This document shows, piece after piece, positions 1 to 13,911 of a stretch of 64,000 nt of DNA. Below the pieces are notes generated by a model. It was not told the origin of the DNA. It was given only the letters and a program-made list of their open reading frames with translations, and ran no database searches. Source of the stretch: Octopus vulgaris (lineage: Eukaryota); assembly GCA_951406725.2 (NCBI GenBank), contig OX597830.1:54064001-54128000 (forward strand), given 5' to 3'. Both the position numbers and the translations under genes were made by a program. Position 1 is the first letter of the stretch, and every line of letters begins with the position of its first letter.

Positions 1-1104
1 ATTTCTAAGACAACATTATAAATTTACAGAACAGAAGAATGAAATTATGCAAAGTTAATGCCTTAATTAAAGATAAAATATAAGACGTTGGCCCATGGAG
101 ATGGTTTCACGAGAGCTTCTGTCTTGTATGACACTCAATGCATGGTATGTTAGCATTCACCGCTCCATGCTTGCATGGGTCATATGGAACTTGCTGGTCG
201 TAGAAAAGTCTGCCTCAGCATGTTCTGTCTGACCCGTGCCATTAATGATTGGGAAAAATTTCTAACAGTGACACATGACCAGCTTTTAACTGGTGTATAT
301 TTTATCAATCCCCTGAGAGGGTGAAAGCAAAATTTATCTAGGTGAGACATGAACCCAGACCTTAATTTTGTTGTATCTGAGGAGGGCCATTATTCCAATA
401 ATTAACACTTGCACTGGTTTTATTTCAGGTTTTTATAATCTATTTTATCAAATAAGGGAGCAAGCTGGCAGACTTGTTAGTATGCTCGACAAAATGCTTA
501 GCAGTATTCTGTCTGTTGCTATGTTCTGAGTTCAAATTCCGCCGAGGTTGACTTCGCCTTTATTCCTTTCGGGGTCGATGAAATAAGTGCCAGTCAAGTG
601 CTGGAGTTGATGTAATTGACTGGTCCCTTCGCCACAAATTTCAGGCCTTGTGCCTGTAGTAGAAAGGATTATTTATTTGTCAATTGGTTAATCATTTAAC
701 TAGTTAACTGATTGATCGTTTGATTAATCAATCAATCAGCCATGTTTGTCAAAGTCCTTTCATGGCCATTTGCAGCCTTATCAATGATATATTCTCTCTC
801 TATTCCAGGTCTGCCTGTCTCTAAATATTGATTTCAAATTTTGGCACAAGGCCAGCAATTCAGGGGAAAGCGGGAGTTGATTACTTAAACCTTAGTGTTC
901 AACTGATACTTATTTTATCAACCATGAAAGGAGAAAAGGCAAAGTCAACCTTGGAGAAATTTGAACTCAGAACATAAAGGTGGACAAAATACTGCTAAGC
1001 ATTTTGCCTGGCATGTTAACAATTCTGCCAGCTCACCATCTTGCCTGTCTCTAGATACTGCAAGGTAGTTTGACTTTAACTATACAGATAGTCTTTTTTT
1101 CCTT

Positions 1105-1506
1105 TCTCTTTTTACTTGTTTCAGTCATTTGACTGTGGCCATGCTGGAGCACCGCCTTTAGTCAAGCAAATTGACCCCAGGACTTATTCTTTGTAAGCCC
1201 AGTACTTATTCTATCGGTCTCTTTTGCCGAACCACTAAGTTACGGGGATGTAAACACACCACCATCGGTTGTCAAGCGATGTTGGTGGGACAGAGACACA
1301 CAAACACACACACACATATATATATACACCTATACATATATGCGATGGGCTTCTTTCAGTTTCCGTCTACCAAATCCACTCACAAGGCTATGGTCAGCCC
1401 GAGTCTATAGTAGAAGACACTTGTCCAAGGTGCCATGCAGTGGGACTGAACCCAGAACCATGTGGTTGGTAAGCAAGCTACTTATGATACAACCACTCCT
1501 GTGCCT
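1105..1506 (-). mobile_element. SINE family A (tRNA head, internal TA/TG microsatellite, ~410 bp)
   Basis: A box TGGTTGTATCA-like, B box GGTTCAGTCC; near-identical copies throughout the window. Confidence 0.85.
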
Positions 1507-1630
1507 ATGTAGATATTGCAGATACTGTCTTTTCATATCTGTTGCTAATTTACTGCCATGTCTTGTTAGCACTCAGATGGGTGATTGCTAACTTATTTAA
1601 AAACAACAGAATGATTTCCTATCAACTCAC

Positions 1631-1734
1631 CTTCGGGACGTCTGCCACCAAATATAATGGCATCAATAGGGACTCCTTCAGGACTTTCCCAAGCCTCATC
1701 CATGTTAGGACACTGGTTGGCTGGTGTACAGAAT
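1631..1734 (-). CDS. PEPCK: PEPCK exon 8 ([34 protein letters not shown]); gene continues beyond the window
   Basis: tttcag/gtgag boundaries, phase 2 to 1; GVPI-xx-IFGGRR motif. Confidence 0.96.
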
Positions 1735-3594
1735 CTGAAAATAATTCAAAAGACATTCTTATTCAAATATAACTCAGGATATGAAAAAAACTGATTTTAT
1801 AACCAAACATGATTTCATTGAAGATTACAAATGACTGACATCTCATTGCTTGGATGACAGTAACATTTGCTTGCAATTAGTACACGTGTGTGTGTGTGTG
1901 TCTGGCACTATTCTCTCAGCTGCTATAATTATGTGAAGGAAGAACTGCACATATCTCACCCCCATTTTGGTGCCGCCAGTTATCCCTCTCCTTGAGACCA
2001 CCTTCTTTCACCTGTCATCGCAAATCTTGCTTTCACACACATCTACATACATATGGCTATATATCCATATCTATCTGCCAACTATTTCCCCTCTCTTATC
2101 ATTATCGTTTTAACATCCACTTTTCCATGCTTGCATGAGTTGGATGGATGCTCTTCCTGTCACCAACCCTCACCTGTTTCTGACATGTCTCAGAAGAAAA
2201 GACATTAAAGGACACTGCTTGTAAGATGGTGATACAACTACCACACAACATCAAGTAAAGGAAACAGTAACACACACAAACACACATACAAATATACGTT
2301 CAGTTTCTGTTATGCACAAAGCTTTGGAAGGCCTGGAGCTATAATAAAAGACACTTGCCTGAAAGTGTTGCAGAGTGGGGCCAAGCCCTAAACCACGTGG
2401 TTATGCAGTTGAGAAGTAAATTTTTTTTATCACAGAGCCATATACATACAAACACACACACACACACACACACATACATATATACTGTAAATCCTCAAGT
2501 ATAGTCCGCCCTTGAGTATAATACGCAGGGGATTTTTAGGGGGCTGTACCTCTGAAAAAGCTAAACCTTGTGTATAATACGCGCCCCTTCTCTAACTTGG
2601 TTGGTATTAGGAAGAACATCCTACCATAAAAACCCTACCAAAACAGATAGTGAAACATGGTGCAGTATGGAAATAGACGTTAAATGATGATAACAACGAT
2701 ATCTTAATGATATGCCTTGACACATATATCTCTACAACATTGCAGGCATACAGCTTGTGCTGTGCACAGCATTCATTAACCTTCTCACCTCTCCCTGAAA
2801 ACACACACACACAGACACACATGCATCAAGTAAACCTGTAAGTCTATCATCCAATGAATGAATGAATCAATTAGTTTGTCTCTGACAACATTTGTACAAA
2901 CATCAGAAAGACTCACAGAGAAGTAAAATATTTAGACATTTAATAAAGTTTTTTTTTTTATTATTCTATTTTCTTGTGTTGACAATTTGAGGTCACCTCC
3001 TCCAAATCATTATCAGCAGCAGCAACAGGAGTAGCTAGGTTAGTTGAAATTTAAAATTGGACACTGTTAAACAATACAAACCATTGTTATCATCATCATC
3101 ATCACTGCCATCACAGCTACCCCACCCCATTCTCATCAGTGTCATAGTTTTTCCATGTTGGCATGGGTTTGACAGGACCTTCAGAAGCAGTCTTTTACAG
3201 GTGAGTGCCCTTATTGATGCACACCTGTCTGCTTACCTTTTACAAGGATATGGTGTAGCTATTTCTGTACTTACCTTTTGCAAGGGTATGGTGTAGCTAT
3301 TTCTATAAACTAGGACACGCATGATTAAATATGTTAAACTAGGATGTAATTTCATATTTAAATATATTTTTGTTTGTTTGTTCATTTAACCTACACTAAT
3401 ATCCCATGGTAGCATATATTTGAACTGTGTGACACCTTGGACAAGTGTCTTCTGCTATAAGCCTCAGGTTGACTGAAGCCTCGTGATTGAATTTGGTAGG
3501 TGGATGTTTCTGTTGTGTCTGTACATGTGTGTAAGTGCTTGTGTTTCCTAACAGAGAGGAGGAGAAAAAGAAAATATGTGTGTGTGAGTGTGTG

Positions 3595-3626
<32 letters not shown>

Positions 3627-3627
<1 letters not shown>

Positions 3628-4008
3628 GCACAGGAGTGACTGTAGTAAGAAGTTTACTTCCCAACCACATGGTTCTGAGTTCAGTCCCACTGCGTGGCAC
3701 CTTGGGCAAGTGTCTTCTACTATAGCCTTGGGCTGACCAAAGCCTTGTGAGTGGATTTGGTAGATGGAAACTGAAAGAAGCCTATCATATATATATATAT
3801 ATAAGTATATGTTTGTGTGTCTGTGTTTGTATCCCCACCATCGCTTGACAACTGATGTTGCTGTGTTTACGTTCCTGTAACTTAACGGTTCGGTAAGAGA
3901 TACCGATAGAATAAGTACTAGGTTTACAGAGAATAAGTCCTGGGGTCAATTTGTTCGACTAAAGGCGGTGCTCCAGCATGGCAACAGTCAAATGACTGAA
4001 ACAAGTAG
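3627..4008 (+). mobile_element. SINE family A
   Basis: Full-length copy. Confidence 0.85.
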
Positions 4009-4479
4009 AATAATAATATATATATACGCACACATACATACATCTAAAATGTATGTACAGAAGTCTCTCACATATGTAATATAAAAAGTGAAAAAAAAAG
4101 AAAAGCTTAAATTTAAGATTATCCTTGCAATTTGAAAACGAAAATCCCCTTTTAAGGGAGGGATGTTCAAATAGAAAGACAGCTAGTAAGGGAGGTAACT
4201 CCTACAAACTGGGCTGGTCCAAATATTTAGAGAATAAAGGCAAGTCTGTTGAGCCAACAGTAAATATGCTTTACTGAGGAGTTCTAAGATACAAACATAT
4301 TGGTTACTTTCACCAGTTGCCTACAAAGATACAACACACACACCTTAACTGTCCACAGCAGAAATGTTAAGACAGTCCTCCAAGTGGTGAAGATTGACCT
4401 GCAGTTTTGCTCAATCAGGGCTGACCTGGGGTTAAGCAACAACAACAACAATAAAATATTTCAAGCATTTTTTTCTCAC

Positions 4480-4684
4480 CTGGAATTTGGGTGAGCAGCT
4501 GTCCTCCCACTTTCAGGAGTCCAGTCTTTGATGCCAAGCCACGATGATATCTGCACGTCTTTTGGCATTTCCTCTTCCAGTCCTTCCCAGAAGAATCCTC
4601 CATCACTGGTTGATGCCACATTGGTGAAAATGGTGTTCTTCTCAATAGTCTTCATGGCATTAGGGTTGGTTTTGTAGGACGTAC
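4480..4684 (-). CDS. PEPCK: PEPCK exon 7 ([11 protein letters not shown]...IFTNVA...FWEG...AAHPNSR)
   Basis: ctcag/gtgag boundaries, phase 1 to 2; HPNSR catalytic Arg motif. Confidence 0.97.
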
Positions 4685-4689
4685 CTGAG

Positions 4690-6000
4690 AGATAGACATG
4701 AAGCACATGTAGTGCATGTGGTTTACAGAGACAGAGGGAGTGAGGAATGCATGTGGTGTGGAAAGATAAAGAGAGTGAGGGACACATGTGGTATAGGGTG
4801 AGTGGAGCGAGGGATATTTGTGGTATAGGGCAATCAGGGTGAGGGATACACATGGTATAGGGTGGGGGGCATGAGGGTATACATGTGGTATAGGGCATTG
4901 GGGGTGAGGTCAGGGATACATGTGTCATAGAGCAATGGGAGTGAGTGATCATCATCATCATCATCGTTTAGCGTCCGTTTTCCATGCTAGCATGGGTTGG
5001 ACGGTTCTACTGGGGTCTGTGAAGCCAGAAGGCTTCATCAGGCCCAGTCAAATCTGGCAGTGTTTCTACGGCTGGATGCCCTTCCTAACGCCAACCACTC
5101 CGTGAGTGTAGTGGGTGCTTTTTACGTGCCACCCGCACTGGTGCCAGACAGAGCTGGCAAACGGCCACGAACGGATGGTGCTTTTTATGTGCCACCGGCA
5201 CGAGGGCCAGGCGAGGCTGGCAACGGACACGAAACGGGGCGGTGCTGGCAACGGTCACGAAACGGAAAGTTCTCTTACATGCCACCGGCACTGGTAACAC
5301 ATCTGCAATTTCCATTGATCGATTTCCATTGATCGATTTCGATTCTGATCCTCACTTGCCTCAATGGGTCTTCACAAGTAGAGTTTCGACATGCCACCGG
5401 CACTGGTAACACATCCGCAATTTCCATTGATCGATTTCGATTCCGATCCTCACTTGCCTCAACACGTCTTCACAAGTAGAGTTTTGTGTCCCAAGAAGGG
5501 AAGGTATGCATACGTAGGCTGGCTCCATCCCATGTAGAAGGCCACGGGTTATGGACTCACTTGTCCTGCCGGGTCTTCTCGCACACAGCACACTTGTGAT
5601 ACATGTGGTATAGGGTGAGGGTGGTGAGGGATACATGTAGAATAGGGGTGGGGGAGAGGGAGAAATACATGTGGTTTAAAAGGTACAGAGAGCTGAGATA
5701 CTTGTATCACATGTGGTACAGAGATAGAGGGAGTGAGGGCTATATGTGATACATGTGTTGTAGAGAGATAAGGTAGTGATGAGGTATACATAGAAGTGAT
5801 GTAGATAGAGAGTGAGGAAGTATATGTGGAGCATGTGATGTAGCAAGGGTGGGTAATGAGCTACATGTAGAGAGATAGGGGTGACGAGAGTACAGTAGGA
5901 ATTGTTTTTGATGTAGAGAGATAGAGGGAGTGAAGAGATACAGGTGATGTAGCGATTAGTGAAGTACATGTAGAGAGTTTGGGTGCAAAATGAGGTAGAT
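4690..6000. repeat. Degenerate ~30-bp minisatellite (gatacatgtggtatagggtgag) split by the family C insertion
   Basis: Periodic acatgtggtatag on both sides of 4948-5595; abuts the exon 7 acceptor. Confidence 0.75.
4948..5595 (-). mobile_element. Family C: RTE-like LINE 3' end with internal ~60-bp tandem units and (GAT)n tail
   Basis: Variable 5' truncation and shared 3' end among copies at 6380, 11780, 14853, 20810, 24590, 27547, 32655, 36283, 46693, 53580, 55105. Clade assignment is inference. Confidence 0.7.
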
Positions 6001-7344
6001 GTGATGTAGAAGCACAAGAAGAACAAAAATACAGAAAGAAACCTCAACCTTTGACATGGTTAAACAAGCAATCCCATCCAGTTGGGATTCACTGTGTGGG
6101 CTGTATTATACATCCTTACAATCGCTGAATACAAAACGTGGCTCATGAGACCTCCATATGGGTGATTTCCCTGAGTCACCATCTCGCCCTTGCATGCCAA
6201 TTTGTTGCAAGGTTATCCATTTAGAGCTTAGTGAACTGGAGCAGTGGGAAAATGAAATGTCTTGCTCAAGAACACAATGCACAGCTAGTCTGGCAAGCAT
6301 AACCATTATCTTGCAATCACAAGTTGAACAACACTCTAACCACTGAGCCACATAAATGATGAATTATTTTTATCAAATAAAAAGGCACATAAAAAGCACC
6401 ATCCATACGTGGTTGATTCCAGCGCCACCTTGACTGGTGTCTGTGCCGGTGGCACGTAAAAAGCACCAACCGATTGTGGCCGTTGCCAGCTCCCTCTGGC
6501 CCCTGTGCCAGTGGCACGTAAAAAGCACCCACTACACTCACGGAGTGGTTGGCGTTAGGAAGGGCATTCAGCTGTAGAAACACTGCCAGATCAGACTGGG
6601 CCTGGTGCAGCCTCCTGGCTTCCCAGACCCCGGTCAAACCATCCAACCCATGCCAGCATGGAAAACGGCCGTTAAACGATGATGGTGATGATGATGAAGA
6701 GAGTGTTCAAAGAATCTGGAATACCTCTAACTCATCACATAACTTGCTAGAAATAGCAGTCAAACTTCACTCAAATTATACACAATCAAATTTTTTTAAA
6801 TGACAATCCTTAGATAACTTTGTCATCGTTGTCATCATCATCATCATCCTAAGTCTGCTTTCATGATGATTTCCATCACAGTCTGAGTCATTTCTTATTA
6901 GCTGCTCCAAAAGATTGGTACTTGTTTGTGTCATTTGGTTTGGTTTCTACTGCTGGGTGCCTTTCAATCACCAGTCATTTTACAGATGTACCGGGGGAAA
7001 ATTTTGTCAGGGCACCAGCATTCAAGGAAACTTGCAACCCTACACTTTCTCTGCTCATTGGGCAACCATATTACAGTGTGTACTGAGTGTATTTTTCATG
7101 GCACTAGCATTGGAAAGCTTGTCTTGCTCAGTAACCAGTCTATAAAAAACATGGCAGAGGAAGTGTTCCTCTGTGAGACCACCATTATAGGAATGTGCCT
7201 CGATCACAGCAAAATCAAGAAAGAACTACATAATGATGATCACAACAGAAATCTTTGATCATAGAGGTCTGCTGAGTCTGAAGAACAGCAAATGAAATAT
7301 TTTGAAGTATTAAGTAAAAGGAACAAAAAAGCTGGAAATTTAAC

Positions 7345-7558
7345 CTGGAGCAACTCCGAAAAATCCTGCCTCTGGATTAATAGCTCTAAGTTTCCCTTCA
7401 CTGTCAAATTTCATCCAGGCTATATCATCACCAACACAGGTGATTTTATAACCAGGTAATGTGGGGTTCATCATTGCTAAATTAGTTTTGCCACAAGCAC
7501 TTGGAAAGGCTGCTGCTACATATCTTTTCTCTCCTTTTGGATTTTCAATTCCTAAAAT
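7345..7558 (-). CDS. PEPCK: PEPCK exon 6 (ILGIENP...[14 protein letters not shown]...VGDDIAWM...[11 protein letters not shown])
   Basis: ttcag/gttaa boundaries; P-loop SACGKT and kinase-2 GDD motifs. Not in the ORF track. Confidence 0.97.
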
Positions 7559-8672
7559 CTGAAGAGAAAGAAGAAAAAAAATAATAATTTAAAAAACACA
7601 TTACACATACAAAAATTTAAATTAAAAACAAAAAAAAAAAAGCAATGCAAAAAATTTAATAGACATTGCAAACACATACACAGAGCAACACATGCTTGCT
7701 TTGATCATCATCATCACCATCCTAGCAGTCTACTAGAGGCAGAGAGAAAAATTTCCTACGTGGTGATCAGCGGCTATGATATTTCACTATACAACTTCTC
7801 ATTACAACAGTCTGGTTTACCTGTAGAAGATGATGATTTTGCTTCAATTTGTTTGTAAAAGTACAAAAAAGATAAAATTTCACCTCCACAATATCTGAAC
7901 TGTAAATTTTTGTTACCAATGTCCAACATCTTGGAACATTTCTTCAGCTCAGCAGGTTACGTTTTTAATGATTTTCAGCAATACTTAATACCAATAAATT
8001 TAGAAATGCAATTATTTCCAAAAGTCAATCACGCTTTCTGGGATGCAGACCTAGTTTCAGAAATCTGCAGTCATTCCTGACCTTTTGCTATATTAGAACA
8101 TTTTAATTGTGCTACTCGTTTGAGAAACTCTTTCAATTAAAGACCTTCAGTTTATTTGTTTTTCAACTACTGTACAATGTAGAGTATACATGCTGTTTGT
8201 TCCCTATTCTAAATCAATGAAATTGAACTTTGAATGTCTTCTGATAATAAAGATTTTTGAAACTATAAGATACGCCTTTTATTTTCCTATCATTTTGACT
8301 TTTATCTAAACTGAAGCTAACACTCCAAAATATATGGAGTTTTTATGTTCGGCAAAATATTTGACAATTAATTGCAATAATTGATTGGCCTGTATCCCAG
8401 TTAAAATTAATTGATTGCTAGGAAAATAATTGATTGGAAAAGTTCTAATAAACTATTTACAACCCCTGTGTGTGTTATGTATACAAACCATAGAAACACA
8501 TACACACATACAAGCCACAGCTATCCTCTATTATTTGCAGGGTTATTGTATTCACATTCTCCAAATGATAATTTGGAGATAATGTAATTTGGAAGAGATC
8601 TGACTGCTATTTCTAGCAAATGTGTAAATTCCTCCATCATAAAACGAATTGATGTGAGGGAGGCTTACTTAC

Positions 8673-8860
8673 CAACATGTGTTCTGCTAACCAACCTTCG
8701 CGACTGGCCATAATGGAGCCGAGTCGAAGGGCGAAACATTTCTTGCCCAGTAAGGAATTTCCTCCATAGCCACTTCCAAATGAACAAATTTCATTTCTGT
8801 CTGGGATATGGGCAATTAAGGTCAGTTTGGGGTTACAAGGCCAATGGGACGGTGTGCTAG
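8673..8860 (-). CDS. PEPCK: PEPCK exon 5 (WPCNP...[20 protein letters not shown]...WLAEHML)
   Basis: tttcag/gtaagt boundaries; PEPCK-specific [14 protein letters not shown] and metal-binding AEHM motifs. Not in the ORF track. Confidence 0.97.
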
Positions 8861-8929
8861 CTGAAAGACAAAAAAAAAAAACATAAAGGATTGAGTGCTG
8901 AACAGTTTATAGTTGTGCTCAGTTGAAGG

Positions 8930-9225
8930 GTTACAAATAGGGAGGTGACAATTAGTTTAGGGGGTCACATTACATAGTGGTCAGTTTAGCAGAGAAGGGA
9001 AGGTCACATCATAAAGTGGTCTGAGTGGGAAACTACTCACATCACAAGGTGGTTTGTCAAGGGGCAAGCGATCATATTACAGGTGGTCAGTTTAGGCAGA
9101 GAGGAAGATGCCACATCAAGAAGTAATCTGATGGGCAGAGCTACATTACAGGGTTGTGTCACATGATGATCAGTTTAAGGGTCATTAAATGAAATTTATT
9201 TAGATGGTAGACAATTTAAGGTGGA
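8930..9225. repeat. Degenerate ~36-bp minisatellite (cacattaca..gtggtcagtttag)
   Basis: Periodic cacat/gtggt/cagtttag motifs. Confidence 0.55.
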
Positions 9226-9247
9226 CACTGTAGTCACAAGTTTACTT

Positions 9248-9495
9248 CTTGCAGTTATTTCTATAGATTTTCTATAGAAATTATAGCCAGCACCCATTTG
9301 TTACAATGTTTTGTGTCTGAGTATGCCTAAAGTAAACGAGATCAAAGATGATAAAAATGGGTAATGGGTGTATAAGCCATATTTCAGGAATTCTTGCTCC
9401 TTCATCAGCACCACATCCAATCCATACAAAATATCATAACAAATCAGTGCTGGCTATAATTTCTATAGAAAATCTATAGAGACAACCGTAACAAG
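9248..9495. repeat. Imperfect ~70-bp inverted repeat enclosing a hammerhead
   Basis: tctatagattttctatagaaattatagccagcac versus its reverse complement at 9447-9480. Confidence 0.85.
9367..9412 (-). ncRNA. Type I hammerhead ribozyme motif, canonical core, PEPCK intron 4
   Basis: ggtg CTGATGA aggag..ttcct GAA ata-tggct-tat A cacc: stem I ggtg/cacc, stem II, short stem III, AUA site. Confidence 0.72.
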
Positions 9496-9696
9496 TTATT
9501 TAATAGCACTGCTAACACAGTAGAACACAGTATTGACTATAAAGGGTTTAATATACTTTGTAGAATATTATCGTTTAATAATGAAATATGGTGTTCCTCA
9601 TTAAATTATTCACCAGTTTAGAATGGGGTGTGTTTTATTGTGGTCAGTAAGATGGTAGAATAGTTGCAGAAGAAGCAAAATTGGAGTATTTCTTAC

Positions 9697-9894
9697 CTGG
9701 AAGTGGTTGACCGACGGAATGTAAACATTTGACAAAACTGCCTGTTCCTAATGCATCGAGGGCTGCCTGGCCCATTCTGGTCATGATGCGCATGCTGGCT
9801 ACGACGTAGGCTGAATCTGTGAGTTCAATTCCAATTTTGGATAATGGTCCACCTACTGCACCCATGCTGAATGGGATTACGTACATGGTACGAC
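9697..9894 (-). CDS. PEPCK: PEPCK exon 4 ([12 protein letters not shown]...[19 protein letters not shown]...[10 protein letters not shown])
   Basis: tttcag/gtaag boundaries, phase 1 to 1; highly conserved PEPCK sequence. Confidence 0.97.
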
Positions 9895-10794
9895 CTGAAA
9901 GAAGTCAATGGAAATTAGTTTGGAATTAAGAGGAAATGAAAAAAAAATTTTAAAAACAAATAACATTTGGGATTGTTTTGATTTGATACTAATTTTAAAA
10001 CAAATTAAAATATGGTGCAAAAGCAGAATTGTTTGAGTGTTGGACGAAATGCTTAGTGGTAGTTCTGACATAATGTTCTGCGTTCAAATTCCACCAAGGT
10101 AAACTTTGCCTTTCATCCTTTCAAAGTTGATAAAATAAAGTACCAAGTTCTAGGGTCAATGTAAGTGACTTGCCCTTCCTCTCAAATTGAGCAAAAATTA
10201 TAAAATTATACTAAATTTTAAGACAAACTGTCAGGAATTGTGCCAAAGAATATAGGGTACAGCTTACTGAGAATATTCAGATAGTCACTACAAGAGGGAA
10301 TTTCAGGAGTATGTACAAATGACATCAAGAGGATTTGGGCCAGTTTGAAGCAAGCCAGCCTAACTGGAGATGAAATCACAAATAAAAAAAAATATCATTG
10401 GGAGAGATGTGTTGAACACTACTGCAAACAGAACACTGTCCACCTTAGTAATTGACATTGTATTTTTGGTGACTGTAGAGCCATTATTAAAAAAGTTAAG
10501 ATTGATTATTAATTGTTGAGCTTCAGAAAAGATGCCTGGTAGCAACAGGGATCTCTTCTGATTTTATCTAGCATTATAAGACCGTCTTATTGCTTTATTG
10601 CTCATAATGCATGAAATCCTGTACATATACAGGCTTCTTTCAGTTTCCATCTGCTAAATCCATTCCCAAGACTTTGTTCAATCTCAGGCTATAGCAGAAG
10701 TAGTGTGGCCCAAGGTGCCACACAGTGGGACTGAACCCGAAACCATGTGATCGGGAAGCATACTTCAATCTCAATTACAAATATGGCAAGGTAC

Positions 10795-10979
10795 CTCGCA
10801 TACATCCTGGGAATCTCATGTTGAGTTCGGTGTCCATGTCTTCCAGATCCATCCAGTAACCAAGCTGACCTTTGACGCCAGTTTTAGGAATTGGTATTGT
10901 GTCTCTTTGGGCTTCTGTTGCTATCACAGTACGTCTCTCTACACGGGCCACATCAGCAGGATCTGTCCGTGCCAGCCAA
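10795..10979 (-). CDS. PEPCK: PEPCK exon 3 ([15 protein letters not shown]...RFPGCMR)
   Basis: tttcag/gtac boundaries, phase 2 to 1; DVARVE and RFPGCM motifs. Confidence 0.96.
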
Positions 10980-11187
10980 CTGAAACAACAACAAAAATAC
11001 ATGTACACATACAAAACGAAAAAAAATATAAATAACTAAATCATAAAATGTTGAAGAAAATATTCTTAGGGAAAATAAGAGACATCTATTATAATTCATT
11101 GCTTTGGGTCTTTAAGTTTAGAATATTTGTGGTTGTTATTGTTATTGTTGTTTAGTCTCGTTAGTATTGATGCTATATACATATATA

Positions 11188-11553
11188 CTAGTACTATGAC
11201 CTGGCAATGCCGGGTCATAGTGCTAGTGCATGCATATACAGCTGCGTGCGCGCGCACATAAACGCGAGTACTGTCCAAATCTCCGACCAATCACATACAG
11301 CTAGCTGGCATTCAATTGGCATATCAAGTTCTGGGCATTTTGATTGGGTTTTGGATAGAAAATTCACAAAAATGTCACTTCTATTGATTTTTTAATGGCT
11401 TTTAATGACTGGGGAAATGTAAAAGATGTGCACGACCACACTTGGACGGTTTTGAATGACTATAGAAAGAGCGAGCCCTCTAACTGAAAAAATGTGGATT
11501 TGTATAAAGGACACACACACAGACAGACATTTTGCCATTTATATATATAGAGA
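11188..11553 (-). mobile_element. Non-autonomous Helitron
   Basis: 5' TC, 3' CTAG, subterminal hairpin ctatgacctggc-aat-gccgggtcatag, inserted between A and T. Confidence 0.8.
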
Positions 11554-12711
11554 TACACAATGGGCTTCTTTCAGTTTCCATCAACTAAATTCACTCACAA
11601 GGATTTGGTCAGCCTGACACTATAGTAGAAGACACTTACTTAAGGTTCCATGCAGTGGGACTGAATCCAGAAGCATGTGGTTGGGAAGCAAGCTTCTTAC
11701 CACACAGCTATATGTATATATATATATATATATATAAAAATGTGTGTGTGTGTGTGTATATGTATGTATGCATGTGTCATCATTGTCATCGTTTAATGTC
11801 TGCTTTCCATGGTGGCAAGCCAGAAGGCTGCACCAGGCTCCAATCCAATCTGGCAAAGTTTCTACAGCTGGATGCCGTTCCTAATGCCAAAAACTTTGAG
11901 AGTGTAGTGGGTGCTTTTTATATGCTACCAGCATGAGGGCCAGTCAGGCAGTACTGGCATCAACCATGCCTGAATTGTACTTTTTACTTGCCACCGGCAC
12001 GGGACCAGTCAGGCAGCACTGGCATAGATAGTGATAATTTTGTTGAGGTATATACATCCACAGCTGGATATTTTTTTTCTAGTTGTGAACTTCACCTTCC
12101 AAGCAGAGTAATATATTTTTCCCAAGCTGGACATTTTTTTATGGAAGACATTTAAATGGAGGACACCACCTGTATGATGGTGACACTCCTTTACAACCAT
12201 TGCATAATGTCAATACAAGAAGATACAACCACATCCACAAACACTTATACATGTGCGTGTATCATTATAATATCTTGTTTTCCATGCTGACATGGCTTGG
12301 ATGATTTAACTGGAACTGGATTTAAAGGCCAGGGGCAGCATCAGGCTCCATTGTTTTTTCTGTCATAGTTTTTACAGCTGGATGGTAGCAACACCAGTGT
12401 TGGGGCTTCTTTCAGCTTCTTCCTACCTTCACAGGGCTTTGATCGGCAAAGGGCTCTAGTAGAAGATACTTGCCCAAGGTACCATGCAGTAGGACTGAAC
12501 CTGAAACCATGTGGGTTGCAAGTGAGTCACAAGTGAATTTCTTAACCTCAAGGCTATGCCTGCACCTATAATAATATTCTTGCCTTTTCAGCAGTATGTG
12601 TTGCTATTTCAACATACATTAAGTTGTGCATTTTTAAAAGAAATGGAACACTACATTCACTCGAACTTCATACTAGTCTTTCTGGTTTATATTTAATCAT
12701 TCAACTGTTAA

Positions 12712-13102
12712 TCTCCATATATATAAAGCTGAAGTTGTCTGTGTATGGCAGGTTTGATAGCCTTCAACTAACACTATCTCCTCCGAGACCCTGCGGCGCA
12801 AGTCGACCAAAATCGAGAGTATGATAGAAGAAGGCTTGCTCTTCCTTCCGTAGAAGAAAAAATCCAAATCGGACCATGTTAACACCAAAAATTATTTACA
12901 TTAAAAAGGTGCTTTTTTCTATGAAAATCCCTATTTTTTACGATTTTTTTACTGCTGTGCCACCATTTTTCGGTGTATTTCAACCAGAAAAATGTTCACT
13001 TAAAGAGAATAACATTCTACATAATGCAAAGTTTTTACTTTTCAAAAATTCCAATTCTAAAGGGTCGAAACAAACCCGAGCAATGCCGGGCGATACTGCT
13101 AG
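12712..13102 (+). mobile_element. Non-autonomous Helitron (second family)
   Basis: A|TC..CTAG|T ends, hairpin cccgagc-aat-gccggg near the 3' end. Confidence 0.82.
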
Positions 13103-13911
13103 TATTTATCTAATTCAAATTTCAAACAACCTATTTAACTTTAGAAAACACGGACGTTGCAATGAAAGTGCATCATATAAGTACTTCACAGCTGAGTGGT
13201 GGAGTCACATTGTTGAAATATTTGTCGGTTAAATCAGTGAGATATTACTGGGTCATATCAGTGCAAAATTAGGTTGGGTTGGCACTTAATTAGAACACTG
13301 GAAGAAAAAATGCTTTGTGGCAATTGTTCCATCTCTTTGGGTTCTGAGCTCAAATAACACTGTGGTCAACTTTCTCTTTCATCCTTTCAGGGTTGATTAA
13401 ATAAATTAGCAGTTTAGTACTGAGATTGATGGGCACATACTAACTACAACCCTTGATCCCCTCTAAATTGCTAGTCTCATGCCTAAATTAGAACACAATA
13501 TATTACTGGGTTGTATTAGTGCAATTTAAGGGGTCGTGTCAGTACAATTTTACTGGATTAGATAAGAGTGGCAGAATTGTTAGAGCATCAACAAAACAAA
13601 TACCCTGCTGTATTTGTTTCAGTAAATTACATTCTGAGTTCAAATTCAACTGCAGTCAACTTTACCTTTTGTACTTTTGGGGCTGATTAAATAAATTACT
13701 GGTTTAATACTAACCCTCTGAGGTTTCTTTCTTCTGTCTCTTCTAATCGTTATTACAGTGGCCTGTGCTCCATCTATCCCCCCACCACCACAACCAGCCC
13801 AATACATTTTCTCCAGTCCTTCCTTCCAAGAACTGATATAAACTTTGGGGAATTCTTATCCTCTCCAGGTTTACCTCACAGACACCAACCTAGTGTTAAA
13901 GGTGAATGTAA

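Noticed and set aside
1-1630. Next PEPCK exon (VPLVYEA..W.HG expected)
   Set aside because: No such sequence found; it must lie outside the window.
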